Shown here: positions 17,601 through 27,261 of the stretch, in pieces
Position numbering within the stretch: position 1 is the first letter of the stretch
How the letters are laid out: each line of letters starts with the position of its first letter
Assembly (NCBI GenBank): GCA_031409275.1
Contig: JANNXA010000033.1
Coordinates: 128,001-192,000, forward strand
DNA length: 64,000 nucleotides
Reading direction: 5' to 3'
Source: Planctomycetota bacterium
GTDB lineage: Bacteria; Planctomycetota; B15-G4; SIAN01
Notes under the pieces: generated by a model
Seen by the model: the letters and a program-made list of their open reading frames with translations, nothing else
Database searches by the model: none
What the model was told of the DNA's origin: nothing
Translations under genes and position numbers: made by a program

Positions 17601-19763
17601 TCAGGTCGCCTCGCCGGCCGTTCGTTTCGCCGCCGTCAGGGTCTCTTTTCGCTTCGCGCGTGCCTCGAGCGCCAGCCAGAGTCCGGCCAAGACGACCAGC
17701 GATTCGACACCGTAGGTCGTCCACAGCCAGAAGCTCACGCCGTCGGTTTCACCGTACGCATGCAACCCGACCCCGAGCTGATTCACGTGCCACCAAGAGA
17801 AGGTGACGATCGTCGTGCCGAAGACCGCCGCGGTGCAGATCCCCAGATCGCGTAGGTAGCCACCCATGCGTCCGTGCAGGATCGCGAGCTCCCAAAGGCA
17901 GATCATGAGCGCGCCGTTCTCCTTCGGGTCCCAGCCCCAGAAACGGCCCCATGAGTCGTTGGCCCAGACGCCGCCGAGGATCGTGCCGACCACGCTGAAC
18001 AGCAGTCCGAAGCAGATCACTCCGTAGGTCATGCGCGCGACCGAGCGATAGAAATCGGGGTCGCCACGGCGCAGCCCGAACAGCTTGCCGAGGATGTAGA
18101 CGTGCGCGAGCAGGCCGGCCAGCAGCCCGGCTGCGTAGCCGATCGTGACGCTCGTGACGTGGGTCGACAGCCAGAAGTTGGTGTCGAGCACCGCGACGAG
18201 CTGCGGCATGGTGTCGATGCCGCGATCGAACGCTTCCTTCACCTCGTAGCGCTGCGTGAGGAAGAGTCCGGCCGCGCCGAGCAGGGCCGCGAAGACCACC
18301 GCGACGCGGCGCCGATCGATCAGCTCGATGATCAGCGCCACCAGCACGACGGCAGCGGTGATGAACGGGATCGTCTCGTAGAGCGTGGAGACCGGCGGAC
18401 GGGCGCGCAGGTAGCCGCGCCAGACGATGGCGGCGACGTGCAGCGCAAACGGCGCGAAGAGCAGCCACGGCAGCGCGCGATTCAGCTTGTGGTCGGCGCG
18501 CAGGAGCCAGCCCACCGCCACCAGCACGAAGCACAGCACGTAGAGCACGAGCGCGCGGAAGAAGAGGTCGGCCTTGTAGTAGCCGATCTCGCTGTCGATC
18601 TTCGCGTACTGCTCGCGGCCAGTCGCGGTCGCCACCAGCGAGCCACGTACTCGCTGCATCGCCGCCTTCATGCGCGGCGGGTCGTTGCGCGCGTCGAACG
18701 CGTCCTCCCAACCGACGATCACCGGCAGATGGAGCGCGAGGAGCGCGGCGTCGCCCTTCGCGACGCGCTGCTCGATCTCGCCCAGCGTGAGCCACGACTC
18801 CTCGTCGCTGCCGCCGGGTCGGATCTGTGCCGGGCCGGAGTTGTACATGGTCGTCTTGACCATCGGCGCCGGCTTGGCGTCGGGCGGGTAGAGAGTCAGG
18901 ACGCTCGCGAAGTCGGCCATCTGCTGTGCGGTCTGGAGCAATCGATCGATGGCGATGCGCGTGGTGTCGTCACCGGCCGATGCCTGGCGTGACGCAAGTT
19001 CGCTCGAGTGCTGCAGCAGCAGCGAGAAGCGGGTGCTTGATTCGTTCCCGAGCAGATCGCCGAGCGAGGCCTCCTTCGGGAGCTCGAGGAACTCGCGCTG
19101 CGCGAAGACCAATGAGCCCAGCAGCCCCTCGTACTGGTTCACCTTCGTCGCGAGCTGGATCAACTGCTCTTCGAGGTAGCTGCGCCCCTTGGCCTCGCGC
19201 TTCACCGGATCGTTCATGAGTGCGCCCGCGCGCGCGAAGAGCTGCGGGCGACCCGGCGACAACTCGAGGTAGCTGTAGCGATCGCGCTTCTTGCGGCCGC
19301 CGATGCGCTCGACGCCGATGGCATCGAGGAGCTCCCACGTCTGCAGCTGGAAGCACGGGTAGTGGCGCGACGCTTCGGGGAAGAACATGCAGTCGAGCAG
19401 CCACTCGCTCGGCGTCAGCTTGTTCTCGATGTCGTCGTTCTTGTCGTCGGGCGTGCCGCGGTCGTCGATCCAGGTCAACGTGCGCGAACCGTTCAGTTGC
19501 AGGAGCTTGAAGCCCGCGAACGTGGAGAGCGGCTTCACGCGTCCCTGCTCGAGGATCGGGATCTGGGCGAAGAGCTCGACGATCTGTGGATCCCATGGAG
19601 CGGCGCGGCGGACTTCGTGCGGCTCGGCCGCGTGGTCGTGGCCCGCGTGGTCGTCGGGCGCCACGGCCGGTGACTGCGCGATCGCGCCACCGGTCGTCGC
19701 CACGCACGCCAGCGCCAGCGCGGCCAGGCGCGTCCACAGCTTCCGGACGATCGAGAGTGTCAT
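17601..19763 (-). CDS. ccsA: Cytochrome c biogenesis protein CcsA/ResC (System II heme lyase) with large periplasmic N-terminal domain
   Basis: WWD domain WANDSWGRFWGWDPKENGAL; LDTNFWLSTHV; GVGLHAYG; GRVKPL; multiple TM helices. Confidence 0.92.
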   Translation of the reverse strand: MTLSIVRKLWTRLAALALACVATTGGAIAQSPAVAPDDHAGHDHAAEPHEVRRAAPWDPQIVELFAQIPILEQGRVKPLSTFAGFKLLQLNGSRTLTWIDDRGTPDDKNDDIENKLTPSEWLLDCMFFPEASRHYPCFQLQTWELLDAIGVERIGGRKKRDRYSYLELSPGRPQLFARAGALMNDPVKREAKGRSYLEEQLIQLATKVNQYEGLLGSLVFAQREFLELPKEASLGDLLGNESSTRFSLLLQHSSELASRQASAGDDTTRIAIDRLLQTAQQMADFASVLTLYPPDAKPAPMVKTTMYNSGPAQIRPGGSDEESWLTLGEIEQRVAKGDAALLALHLPVIVGWEDAFDARNDPPRMKAAMQRVRGSLVATATGREQYAKIDSEIGYYKADLFFRALVLYVLCFVLVAVGWLLRADHKLNRALPWLLFAPFALHVAAIVWRGYLRARPPVSTLYETIPFITAAVVLVALIIELIDRRRVAVVFAALLGAAGLFLTQRYEVKEAFDRGIDTMPQLVAVLDTNFWLSTHVTSVTIGYAAGLLAGLLAHVYILGKLFGLRRGDPDFYRSVARMTYGVICFGLLFSVVGTILGGVWANDSWGRFWGWDPKENGALMICLWELAILHGRMGGYLRDLGICTAAVFGTTIVTFSWWHVNQLGVGLHAYGETDGVSFWLWTTYGVESLVVLAGLWLALEARAKRKETLTAAKRTAGEAT

Positions 19764-19776
19764 GACGAACTCCGGT

Positions 19777-21018
19777 TCACGATTGCGCGGCGGGCGTCGT
19801 CGCCGGCCGTCGGGTCGATCGGATGAAGCGCTTCAATCGCAGCGAGAAGTGCAGGAGCAGGCCGATGGCGATGACGTAGCACGACCACTTCGGCCACTGG
19901 TCGGAGGGGTTCTCGACCACGGTGAAGACCGAATAGAGCGGCTGGTTCACGTTGCCGTCCTGCGGGCCCCAGCTGGTCTGGAACAGCGTGTAGCCCTTCT
20001 CGCGCAGCGGCTCGTTCATGGTGATCTTGAGCGCCGTCTCCTGGCTGCCGTCGAACTTCGTGACGTTGCTCCAGTAGGTGCGCGCCATGCCCGTGCCCGG
20101 ATGGAACTCGACGATGAACTTGTCGAGGCGCACGTCGAACGGCAGCTCGTAGCGCCGCTTGCCCAGATCGATGAGCCAGCGCTTGCCGCCGGCCTCGGCG
20201 GTCAGCGGCTGCCGCTGCGCGCCCCAGAGGATCGCGTCGACGTGCCGTCCCGAGGACTTCTCGACCACGGTGATGTAGGCGCCCGGCTGGTTGAACTCCG
20301 CCTCGACTTGCGGCTCGGCCGCCAGCACGACGTAGCCATCGATCACCGGCCCATCGCCCTTGAACATCGGCCCCTGCGGCACGACGCGGCAGTTGCGGAA
20401 GACCTTCGTGACCAGGAGGTCGAAAGGCAGATCGTCCGCCGTGAAGCGGTGCGTCGAGCCCGCCTCGAGGTTGCGCCACTCTTCAGCGGCGATCACATGC
20501 TCGCGAACGCGGCCGGATGCACCGGCGTCGCGCAGCGTGATGTCCCAATCGTGGAAGCTGAAGTACTCGCGGCTCTTCTCCTGCGGGAAGACCATCAACG
20601 AGCCTTCGTGCGACCAGCGGAACTTGACGAATCCCGCCGCCAGCATCAGCAGGATGCCGACGTGCGTGATCATGATCCCGGCGCGGGAGCGATCCTTGCG
20701 CAGCCGGATCATCCCGCCGAGCACGAGGTTCACCGTCAGCAGCGCCATCAGCAGATAGACGCCGGGCAACGGCACCGGGATCTCGGGAATCGTCGCCAGC
20801 GGTGCCGAGGTGACTTCCGCCCACGGCAGCCGCAGCACGAACGGCCCGGCATGGTGGATGAGGAACAGCGACTCGAAGTACTTCTTCTGCGTCTCGAAGA
20901 GGCCGAACTCCACCTGCTCCAACGTGCCAAGCCACGTCAGCAGCAGCAGCAAGACCAGCAGCACCGCGGCCAGGCCGAACGAGGAAAACAGCGCGAAGAG
21001 CTTCTTCATCAGTCCCAT
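19777..21018 (-). CDS. resB: ResB/CcsB-like cytochrome c biogenesis protein
   Basis: N-terminal TMs, GIMITHVG, LPFDVRLDKF, ITMNEPLREKGYTLFQTSW; directly upstream of ccsA. Confidence 0.82.
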   Translation of the reverse strand: MGLMKKLFALFSSFGLAAVLLVLLLLLTWLGTLEQVEFGLFETQKKYFESLFLIHHAGPFVLRLPWAEVTSAPLATIPEIPVPLPGVYLLMALLTVNLVLGGMIRLRKDRSRAGIMITHVGILLMLAAGFVKFRWSHEGSLMVFPQEKSREYFSFHDWDITLRDAGASGRVREHVIAAEEWRNLEAGSTHRFTADDLPFDLLVTKVFRNCRVVPQGPMFKGDGPVIDGYVVLAAEPQVEAEFNQPGAYITVVEKSSGRHVDAILWGAQRQPLTAEAGGKRWLIDLGKRRYELPFDVRLDKFIVEFHPGTGMARTYWSNVTKFDGSQETALKITMNEPLREKGYTLFQTSWGPQDGNVNQPLYSVFTVVENPSDQWPKWSCYVIAIGLLLHFSLRLKRFIRSTRRPATTPAAQS

Positions 21019-21028
21019 GCGTGGTCAT

Positions 21029-22234
21029 TCACTCCGACAGCGAAGCGCAGAGTTCGCGGAAGCCGGTCCGAACGCTCTCGTCGACCTCAGCCTCAGGCCC
21101 GGTCAGCTTGACGAAGAGCGCGCGCCCCTCGAGCAGCGCGATCGCGCCGAGCATGCGCGCCTGCGGGATCTTGCGCGCGTTCATCGAATCCTCGAAGGAC
21201 CCGACCACGTCGATCAGCACCGCGTCGCGCCCCGCGAGCGTCGTGTGCGGTAGCGCCGCGAACTCTGCCGCCGTCATCGGCCCAAGCCCGATCTGTCCGC
21301 GCCAGCGATCGGCGTTGCCGCTCAGCCCGCCGCCGTCGCCACCGAGGACCGAGACGGCGCATTCCGTTTCCTTGGTGCCCGCCGGCTTCAGCGTTACGAC
21401 GCGCGTGGCGCGTTCGCGATCGGCGGTCCAGCCGATCGGGCCGGTGAAGCGAATGTTCTGATTGGTGCCGCTCACCCGACCATCGGGACCGGCGGCGGGT
21501 CCGGGAGTCGGCGCTGAGTCGCCCGCCGCTGGATCGCCGGTCGCCGCTCCGGCGCCACCGCTTGGCGTCGCGGCACCCGAGTCGCTGCGCGCGGAGGGGG
21601 CGCCCGCGGGCACCAGCTTCAGCGAAGCGACGAAGCGATCGAAGTTGGCCGCTTCGGCGGTGACGACGGCCTCGGGTCCGGTCATCTTCACGAAGATCGA
21701 CTGGTCGCCGAACGCCGTCAGCAGGCCGATCAGCCGATAGTCGGGCTTGCCCGGCGCGTCGCCCATCCCTGCGAAGGCGCCGCTCAGGTCGACGCGCACC
21801 GCATCGAGGCCGAGCAACGCCTGCTTGGGCAACTGCGCAACCGCCGCCGCATCGATCGGTGGCAGCGTCATCTGTTTGCGCCAGCGGTTGACGTTGTCGA
21901 CCATCCCGCCCGCGCCGCCGGGAAGCAGGCTCAGGTAGCACTCCGCGTCGGGGTTCCCGGCCGGCTTCAGGTTCGCCGTGCGCATCGCATTCGGCGGCAA
22001 CTCAGTCCAGCCCGGCGGGTTGTCCCACACCAGTTCCGGGGCCGGCGCCTTCTGGCTGCCGGCGCCCGGCGCGCCGCTCATCGTTCCGAACCGTTCCGCA
22101 CTCGTCGCCCCGACCCGTTCGCGATTCGGGACGACGTCGACTTCGCGCGTGCCAGTGATCGGTCGCGGGCCGCTCGCGTCGCCGCTGCACGCGGCCAGGA
22201 GCAGGAGGAGCGGGGCTAGCGGGGTAGCTCGCAT
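21029..22234 (-). CDS. Hypothetical lipoprotein with duplicated domain, first gene of the ccs cluster
   Basis: Lipobox LLLLLAAC; two homologous halves (GGMVDNVNRWRKQ..FVKMTGP and GGLSGNADRWRGQ..FVKLTGP) joined by a Pro/Ala/Gly linker. Confidence 0.8.
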   Translation of the reverse strand: MRATPLAPLLLLLAACSGDASGPRPITGTREVDVVPNRERVGATSAERFGTMSGAPGAGSQKAPAPELVWDNPPGWTELPPNAMRTANLKPAGNPDAECYLSLLPGGAGGMVDNVNRWRKQMTLPPIDAAAVAQLPKQALLGLDAVRVDLSGAFAGMGDAPGKPDYRLIGLLTAFGDQSIFVKMTGPEAVVTAEAANFDRFVASLKLVPAGAPSARSDSGAATPSGGAGAATGDPAAGDSAPTPGPAAGPDGRVSGTNQNIRFTGPIGWTADRERATRVVTLKPAGTKETECAVSVLGGDGGGLSGNADRWRGQIGLGPMTAAEFAALPHTTLAGRDAVLIDVVGSFEDSMNARKIPQARMLGAIALLEGRALFVKLTGPEAEVDESVRTGFRELCASLSE

Positions 22235-22437
22235 CGCTGCGAAATCTCGCGGAGAGGGGGGGACGAAACGCAGGTCACGAAGCGGCGCCGACGCAACGAT
22301 TGCCGGGGTGCCGCCCATGCAACGGTGTCGGCCGCGGAGCGGTCGCAGAGTACGGCCGTTTCCAAGTGAACGCGAAGCGAATGACGGACCGCGCCCCGGG
22401 GAAGGTGCGGGTCGCACCCGCGGCCGGCGGCTCGCCG

Positions 22438-25400
22438 CTACTTGCGCAGCTGCAGCTCGACTTCGCCAAGCCCGATCGCGCTCTTTGCCGCCGGCAGGTC
22501 GCTTACGTCCAGCATCCGCACGTCGAGGCGCCGCACGACCGTCACCCTCGGCAGACGGATCACGCCCTTGCGTCCATCCGCCGGGAGCAGCACCTCGAAC
22601 GTTCCGCTCTTGCCGCGATCGAGCGCCACTTCGACCCGCCGAACTCGCCATCCCTGGCGATCGGCCTCGAAGCCGCGCTGCTGGATCGGCGTGATCCAGA
22701 CGGTGTCGGCGCGCGTCGGCTTCTTGAGCTCGATGGAGAGCGTCGGGCGGCGATCGCCGTCGGCCGACAACCAGCCGCGCGACGTGAGGTTGTCGACGGC
22801 GAATGCCGGAGCGAAGTTGCCATCGAACTGGCTGGAGGCCGTCGCGGTGGCGTTGCCCGGGCCGAGCAGGTTGCGCCCCGGGTCGGCGGCGTAGCCGAGC
22901 AGTTCAGGGTCCTTCGCCATGCGAATCGGCACGCTCACCAATGGCGAACTGAACAGCATCTCGGCGGGCGACTGCGTCGGCGCGCCGCGCACCCGCACCA
23001 GCGCGCGGATCGGGTAGGTGCCATTGCGGTCGAAGTTCACTTGCGTGGCGAACCGCTCCGGACCGCTCGGTCGGGCGGGATCGCCAGCGACCGTCGCCAG
23101 GACGCGTTGATCGAGCAGCGCGAGGTCGACGCCCGCGAAGGTCGCCCCGCGCCGCACGTGGAGCGCCACCACGTTCTTGCCGGGGTGAAGAAGGGTGGCG
23201 AGCGGCGCTTCGGCGGGGACGGGCGAGTAGGGTGCGATCGGCGAGTTCGCCGAGAAGACGCGCGTCCCGTTCAACAGCACTTCGAGCGTCGCCACGGCGT
23301 CGGCGCCCGGCGGGAGCGCGTCGACGAGCGGGCGCACGACATTCGCATGCGCCGCGGTCGAGCGCGGGATCGCGTCGAAATCGGCCGGCGATCGCGCCAG
23401 GTAGATCGCGTCGAAGCCGGCGAGACCGCCGGCCATCGGCACCAGCGCCAATCCGGTCAGCGTCGTTGCGCCGCCGAACGCCGCGACGAGGTCGATCGTT
23501 TCGGCGCGCCACTCGCGCGGCGCGTCGTCATCGAGGGCGGTGCTGGGCCAATCGAGGTCGTTGGTGCCGGCATGACGGCGGACCGTCTGCGCACCCCAGC
23601 TGCCGTTGACGGCGAGCTGGATCATCACCCCGCCACCGCCCTCCTTGCGCCAGCTGAAGCGCAGGTAGCGGAACTCGCCGGGCCGCGGCTCGCTGGCGAT
23701 TGGGAAGTTCCAGCCCGGCAGCGCCGGGTGGTGGACCTGCTGCGGCTGCACGGCGAGCCAGAGGCGACCGTTGGCGGCGTTGCCGTCGCGGGTCGCCACG
23801 CTGCCGCCGGCGCTCGCTTCGGTGAGCTTCGCCGCGAAATCGGCCTCCTCGTCGAAGAGGCAGAGGAGCGGCGCCGTCGGCACGGCGGCCGGCAGCGCCG
23901 GCGCCGCAACGAAAAGCTGCGGATCGACGATCGGCGCTTCGTCGAGCGTGAACTCGCGCCGCAACCAGAACTCGGCGGCGGCGCTGCTCGTGCGCACGGC
24001 GATGCCGGTGGCCTGCGGATCACCGACGGCGCCGGTGACGCTCTTCCATTTGCCGTCGTCGAAGCCCGGCGTCGCCCACGCCCCGGACGGCTCGCTCTCG
24101 CTGAGTCGCCACGGTGTGGGCGCTTCGCGGCTGTCGCCGAAGAGCGCGCGGCCGGGGACGGTGTAGGTGACGTGGTCGACGTGCAGCCCCTGACCCGCTT
24201 CGCCGGGCCACTCGAAGAGCTTCGCCGCGCCGCCAAACGACGACACCCACAGCGTCAGCGGCGCGTCGCCCGATCCCCGCAGGCTGACATCGAACTGCGC
24301 ATCGTCACCACCCCACAGGTTCTCGGCGCGCACGGTGACGCCCGAAACCGCGGAGGTCGCGCGCGCAAGGAAGAGGAGCGCGAAGCAGGTCGTCGGTTGC
24401 GGACCGCCATCGCCGTCCCAGGAGCCCTCGGGCTTCTGCGTCTCGACGCCGATCCGCGCCCCCTCGCGATACCACGACTTGCCGGCCAGCTCCGCCACAT
24501 CACACAAACCGCCGACTCGCTCGACGCCGTAGAGCCAATACCACAACCAGCTGGCGCCGCTGCGCGGGTTGGAATCGGCCGCGAAGTTGCGATCGAGCCA
24601 GCTGACCCCCTTGCGCCAACCCGTCACGAACGCGGTCTTGCTGGCTCCCGTCTTCGCGAGCTGCTCGTCGACGATCTTGACGATGCAGGTGCCGCCCGCC
24701 GTCATGGAGCCCGTCGGCGGGCCACCCGGGTAGTAGCCGAAGCCTGCGCCTTCGTAGGCGCCGCTCGCCTTTTCCTGGTGTGTCAGCGTCGCGTCGCCGA
24801 GCTTGATCCACGCCTCGGGCGGGATCTTCACGCCGCGCTTCGCCGCGGCCCGCAGTCCGAGCGCCGCATACTGCCCATTCGACAAGTCGGGCGGCGCCGC
24901 CGCGGGATAGCTGTAGCCGCCGCCGCCCTGCTGCCACGACAGCAGTCGGCGCGCGGTCTCCTCGATGCGACCTTGCAGCGCCTCGTCCTGGAGCTCGGCC
25001 AGGAAGAGCAGCTCGAATCCCGCCGCGTAGACGCTGCTGGCCGGCTCGCACTGGATCCGCGTCGCGGCACGCTGCACGGCCGGGTGGTCGCGCTCGACAC
25101 CACACTTGAGCAACGTGTAGGCGGCGAGGCTGGTCATGCCGAACTTCACGTCCTCGGCGCGCGCCGCCCACAAACCGTCGAGCTCCTGCTGGTCGAGCAG
25201 CCAGCGCACACCGCGCGCGATTGCGGCCCCGACGCGTCCCTGCGCTTCGTTCACGGCGGTCAGGTCGCGGCGAGCGCGCAGCGGCCGCGGCGCCGTCGTG
25301 TAGGCGAGTCGCAACCGTCCGGGGATGTGCTGGCCACCGAGGTTGAAGTCGAGCCGCAGCTTGAGCTTCACGCCGGCGTCGAAGCCGAGGTCGTGCTGGG

Positions 25401-25899
25401 TTTCGAACACCGCCTCATGCGAAACCCCGGCTTGCGGCAAGATCGCCCAGCCGGTGGTCGGGGCGCCGTCGACGGCGGCGGCCACGTTGAACGCCGCCTG
25501 TTCGAAGTCGGCGCTTGGTCGTTCGAGCAGCACGGTCTTGAAGCCGTCGGAGTTCTTCGGCGCCTGCTCGACGACGAACTCGCTCAACACGAAGTTGCCG
25601 TTCGGCGCGAGCCCGGGTCCGCCGGAAGGGAATCCCGGATCGGCCAACGCCTCGATCCGCAGTCCGGTGATGCCGTTGGCGTCGACGAGGCACTCGAACG
25701 TGAGGCTCTCCGTCGCCGCTACCGCTCCGCCGACGCGGATCGCGCCGTCGCCCTCGAGCGTCAGCGTGGATCCATTCGCCGCGCTCATCCGCGCCGGTGT
25801 GAGGATCTGGAAGCGCGTCGTCTCCTGCGCCGCCGCGTGAGGCGCCAGCGCGATCGCGAGGAGAGCTGGAACGCACCGGACGACGTGGCGCCGACTCAT
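22438..25899 (-). CDS. Large secreted multidomain protein: prenyltransferase/squalene-cyclase-like alpha-barrel, beta-sandwich modules, C-terminal discoidin-like domain
   Basis: ATG overlaps the DUF1552 stop; signal peptide; GVRWLLDQQELDGLW, DLSNGQYAALGL, YWLYGVERVG, QKPEGSW; C-terminal ATASSQ..AVDN..GW..GLGEVEL. Confidence 0.72.
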   Translation of the reverse strand: MSRRHVVRCVPALLAIALAPHAAAQETTRFQILTPARMSAANGSTLTLEGDGAIRVGGAVAATESLTFECLVDANGITGLRIEALADPGFPSGGPGLAPNGNFVLSEFVVEQAPKNSDGFKTVLLERPSADFEQAAFNVAAAVDGAPTTGWAILPQAGVSHEAVFETQHDLGFDAGVKLKLRLDFNLGGQHIPGRLRLAYTTAPRPLRARRDLTAVNEAQGRVGAAIARGVRWLLDQQELDGLWAARAEDVKFGMTSLAAYTLLKCGVERDHPAVQRAATRIQCEPASSVYAAGFELLFLAELQDEALQGRIEETARRLLSWQQGGGGYSYPAAAPPDLSNGQYAALGLRAAAKRGVKIPPEAWIKLGDATLTHQEKASGAYEGAGFGYYPGGPPTGSMTAGGTCIVKIVDEQLAKTGASKTAFVTGWRKGVSWLDRNFAADSNPRSGASWLWYWLYGVERVGGLCDVAELAGKSWYREGARIGVETQKPEGSWDGDGGPQPTTCFALLFLARATSAVSGVTVRAENLWGGDDAQFDVSLRGSGDAPLTLWVSSFGGAAKLFEWPGEAGQGLHVDHVTYTVPGRALFGDSREAPTPWRLSESEPSGAWATPGFDDGKWKSVTGAVGDPQATGIAVRTSSAAAEFWLRREFTLDEAPIVDPQLFVAAPALPAAVPTAPLLCLFDEEADFAAKLTEASAGGSVATRDGNAANGRLWLAVQPQQVHHPALPGWNFPIASEPRPGEFRYLRFSWRKEGGGGVMIQLAVNGSWGAQTVRRHAGTNDLDWPSTALDDDAPREWRAETIDLVAAFGGATTLTGLALVPMAGGLAGFDAIYLARSPADFDAIPRSTAAHANVVRPLVDALPPGADAVATLEVLLNGTRVFSANSPIAPYSPVPAEAPLATLLHPGKNVVALHVRRGATFAGVDLALLDQRVLATVAGDPARPSGPERFATQVNFDRNGTYPIRALVRVRGAPTQSPAEMLFSSPLVSVPIRMAKDPELLGYAADPGRNLLGPGNATATASSQFDGNFAPAFAVDNLTSRGWLSADGDRRPTLSIELKKPTRADTVWITPIQQRGFEADRQGWRVRRVEVALDRGKSGTFEVLLPADGRKGVIRLPRVTVVRRLDVRMLDVSDLPAAKSAIGLGEVELQLRK

Positions 25900-27254
25900 G
25901 CGAGCGCCGAGAGGTGTCCGGTCGAGTCCCCGAAGCTCGACGCGCGTGCCCCGGTGCGATCGTGCAAGGCAAGGAAGAGGTTGCACAGCGGCGTGGCCGG
26001 CGCGACGCGGACGTGGCGACCGCTCTTCACCGTGCCGTTGCCGCCGCCGGCCAGCAGGATCGGCAGCTCATCGTGGTTGTGGGCGTTGCCATCGGAGATG
26101 CCCGCGCCGTAGAGCACGAGCGAGTGGTCGAGCAACGTGCCGTCGCCCTCGTTCATGGTGGCGAGCTTTCCGAGGAAGTAGGCGAGCTGCTCGACGTGGA
26201 AGCGGTCGATCTTCTCGACGCGCTCGATCCGGATCGGGTCGTCGCGGTGGTGCGACGTCTCGTGGTGGCCATCGGGCGCGCCGATCTGCGGATAGCTGCG
26301 GTTGTCGCCGTCGTTGGCGAACATGTGCGTCGCCACCCGGGTGAGGTCGGCCTGGAACGCCAACGCCAGCAGGTCACACAGCAGCCGAGCATGCTCGCCA
26401 TGGTCGGCGGGCATTGCGGCGGGCAGGTCGATCACCGGTACCGGCCGGGTCGCCGCGTCGGCCTCCGCCTTGGCGAGGCGCTGCTCGATCTCGCGCACCG
26501 CCGTCAGGTACTCGTCGAGCTTCCGGCGATCGGTCGTGCCGAGCTGCACGGACAGGCGCGTCGCATCGTCGCGGGCGTAGTCGAGCAGGCTCTGCTTGCG
26601 GGCGAGGCGGCGCGCGCGCTGCTGCGGCGTCAGGCCGTCCGTCGCGCCGAAGAGGCGCTCGAAGAGGGCGCGCGGGTCGGTCTCCTTCAATTGCGGGGTC
26701 GTCGGCGAGCGCCACGAGATGTTGCACGAGTAGGCGCACGAATAGCCCGAGTCGCAATTGCCCGACGTCAGCGGCGGCGTGCAACCGACCTCGAGCGAGC
26801 GAAAGCGCGTCTCGTGGCCGATCCGTTCGGCCAGCACCTGGTCGATCGAGATGCCGTTGTGGATCTCGGCCCCCTCGGTCTTCTTCGGGTGGGCCCCCGT
26901 GAGGAAGCAGGCGGCGGAACGGGCATGGTCGCCTGGCCCGTCGCCGAGCGCCTCGGCGTTCTTCTGCGCCAGTCCGCTCAGCACCAGTAGCCGGTCGCGC
27001 ACACCCGCCAGTGGCTGGAGCGTCGGCGACAGCTCGAAGCTCGCCCCCTCGGTGGTGGGCGTCCACGAGTTCATCCACTTGCCGTTGGGCGCGAAGAGGA
27101 AGGCGAATCGCAGCGGTGCCGCGGAGGCGGCGACTCCGCGCGCCAAAGCGGCGCGAGGCAGCATCGCTTCGAGCCACGGCAGCGCCAACGCGACGCCGGC
27201 GCCGCGCAGGAAGGTCCGGCGGGAGAGCGGCGTTCGAGTCAGGAAGTGGGCCAT
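25896..27254 (-). CDS. DUF1552 family protein (Tat signal)
   Basis: SRRTFLRGAGVALALPWLEAM; GPGDHARS; CDSGYSCAY; HHETSHH; DGNAHNHDELP. Confidence 0.92.
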   Translation of the reverse strand: MAHFLTRTPLSRRTFLRGAGVALALPWLEAMLPRAALARGVAASAAPLRFAFLFAPNGKWMNSWTPTTEGASFELSPTLQPLAGVRDRLLVLSGLAQKNAEALGDGPGDHARSAACFLTGAHPKKTEGAEIHNGISIDQVLAERIGHETRFRSLEVGCTPPLTSGNCDSGYSCAYSCNISWRSPTTPQLKETDPRALFERLFGATDGLTPQQRARRLARKQSLLDYARDDATRLSVQLGTTDRRKLDEYLTAVREIEQRLAKAEADAATRPVPVIDLPAAMPADHGEHARLLCDLLALAFQADLTRVATHMFANDGDNRSYPQIGAPDGHHETSHHRDDPIRIERVEKIDRFHVEQLAYFLGKLATMNEGDGTLLDHSLVLYGAGISDGNAHNHDELPILLAGGGNGTVKSGRHVRVAPATPLCNLFLALHDRTGARASSFGDSTGHLSALA

Positions 27255-27261
27255 GGCGCGA

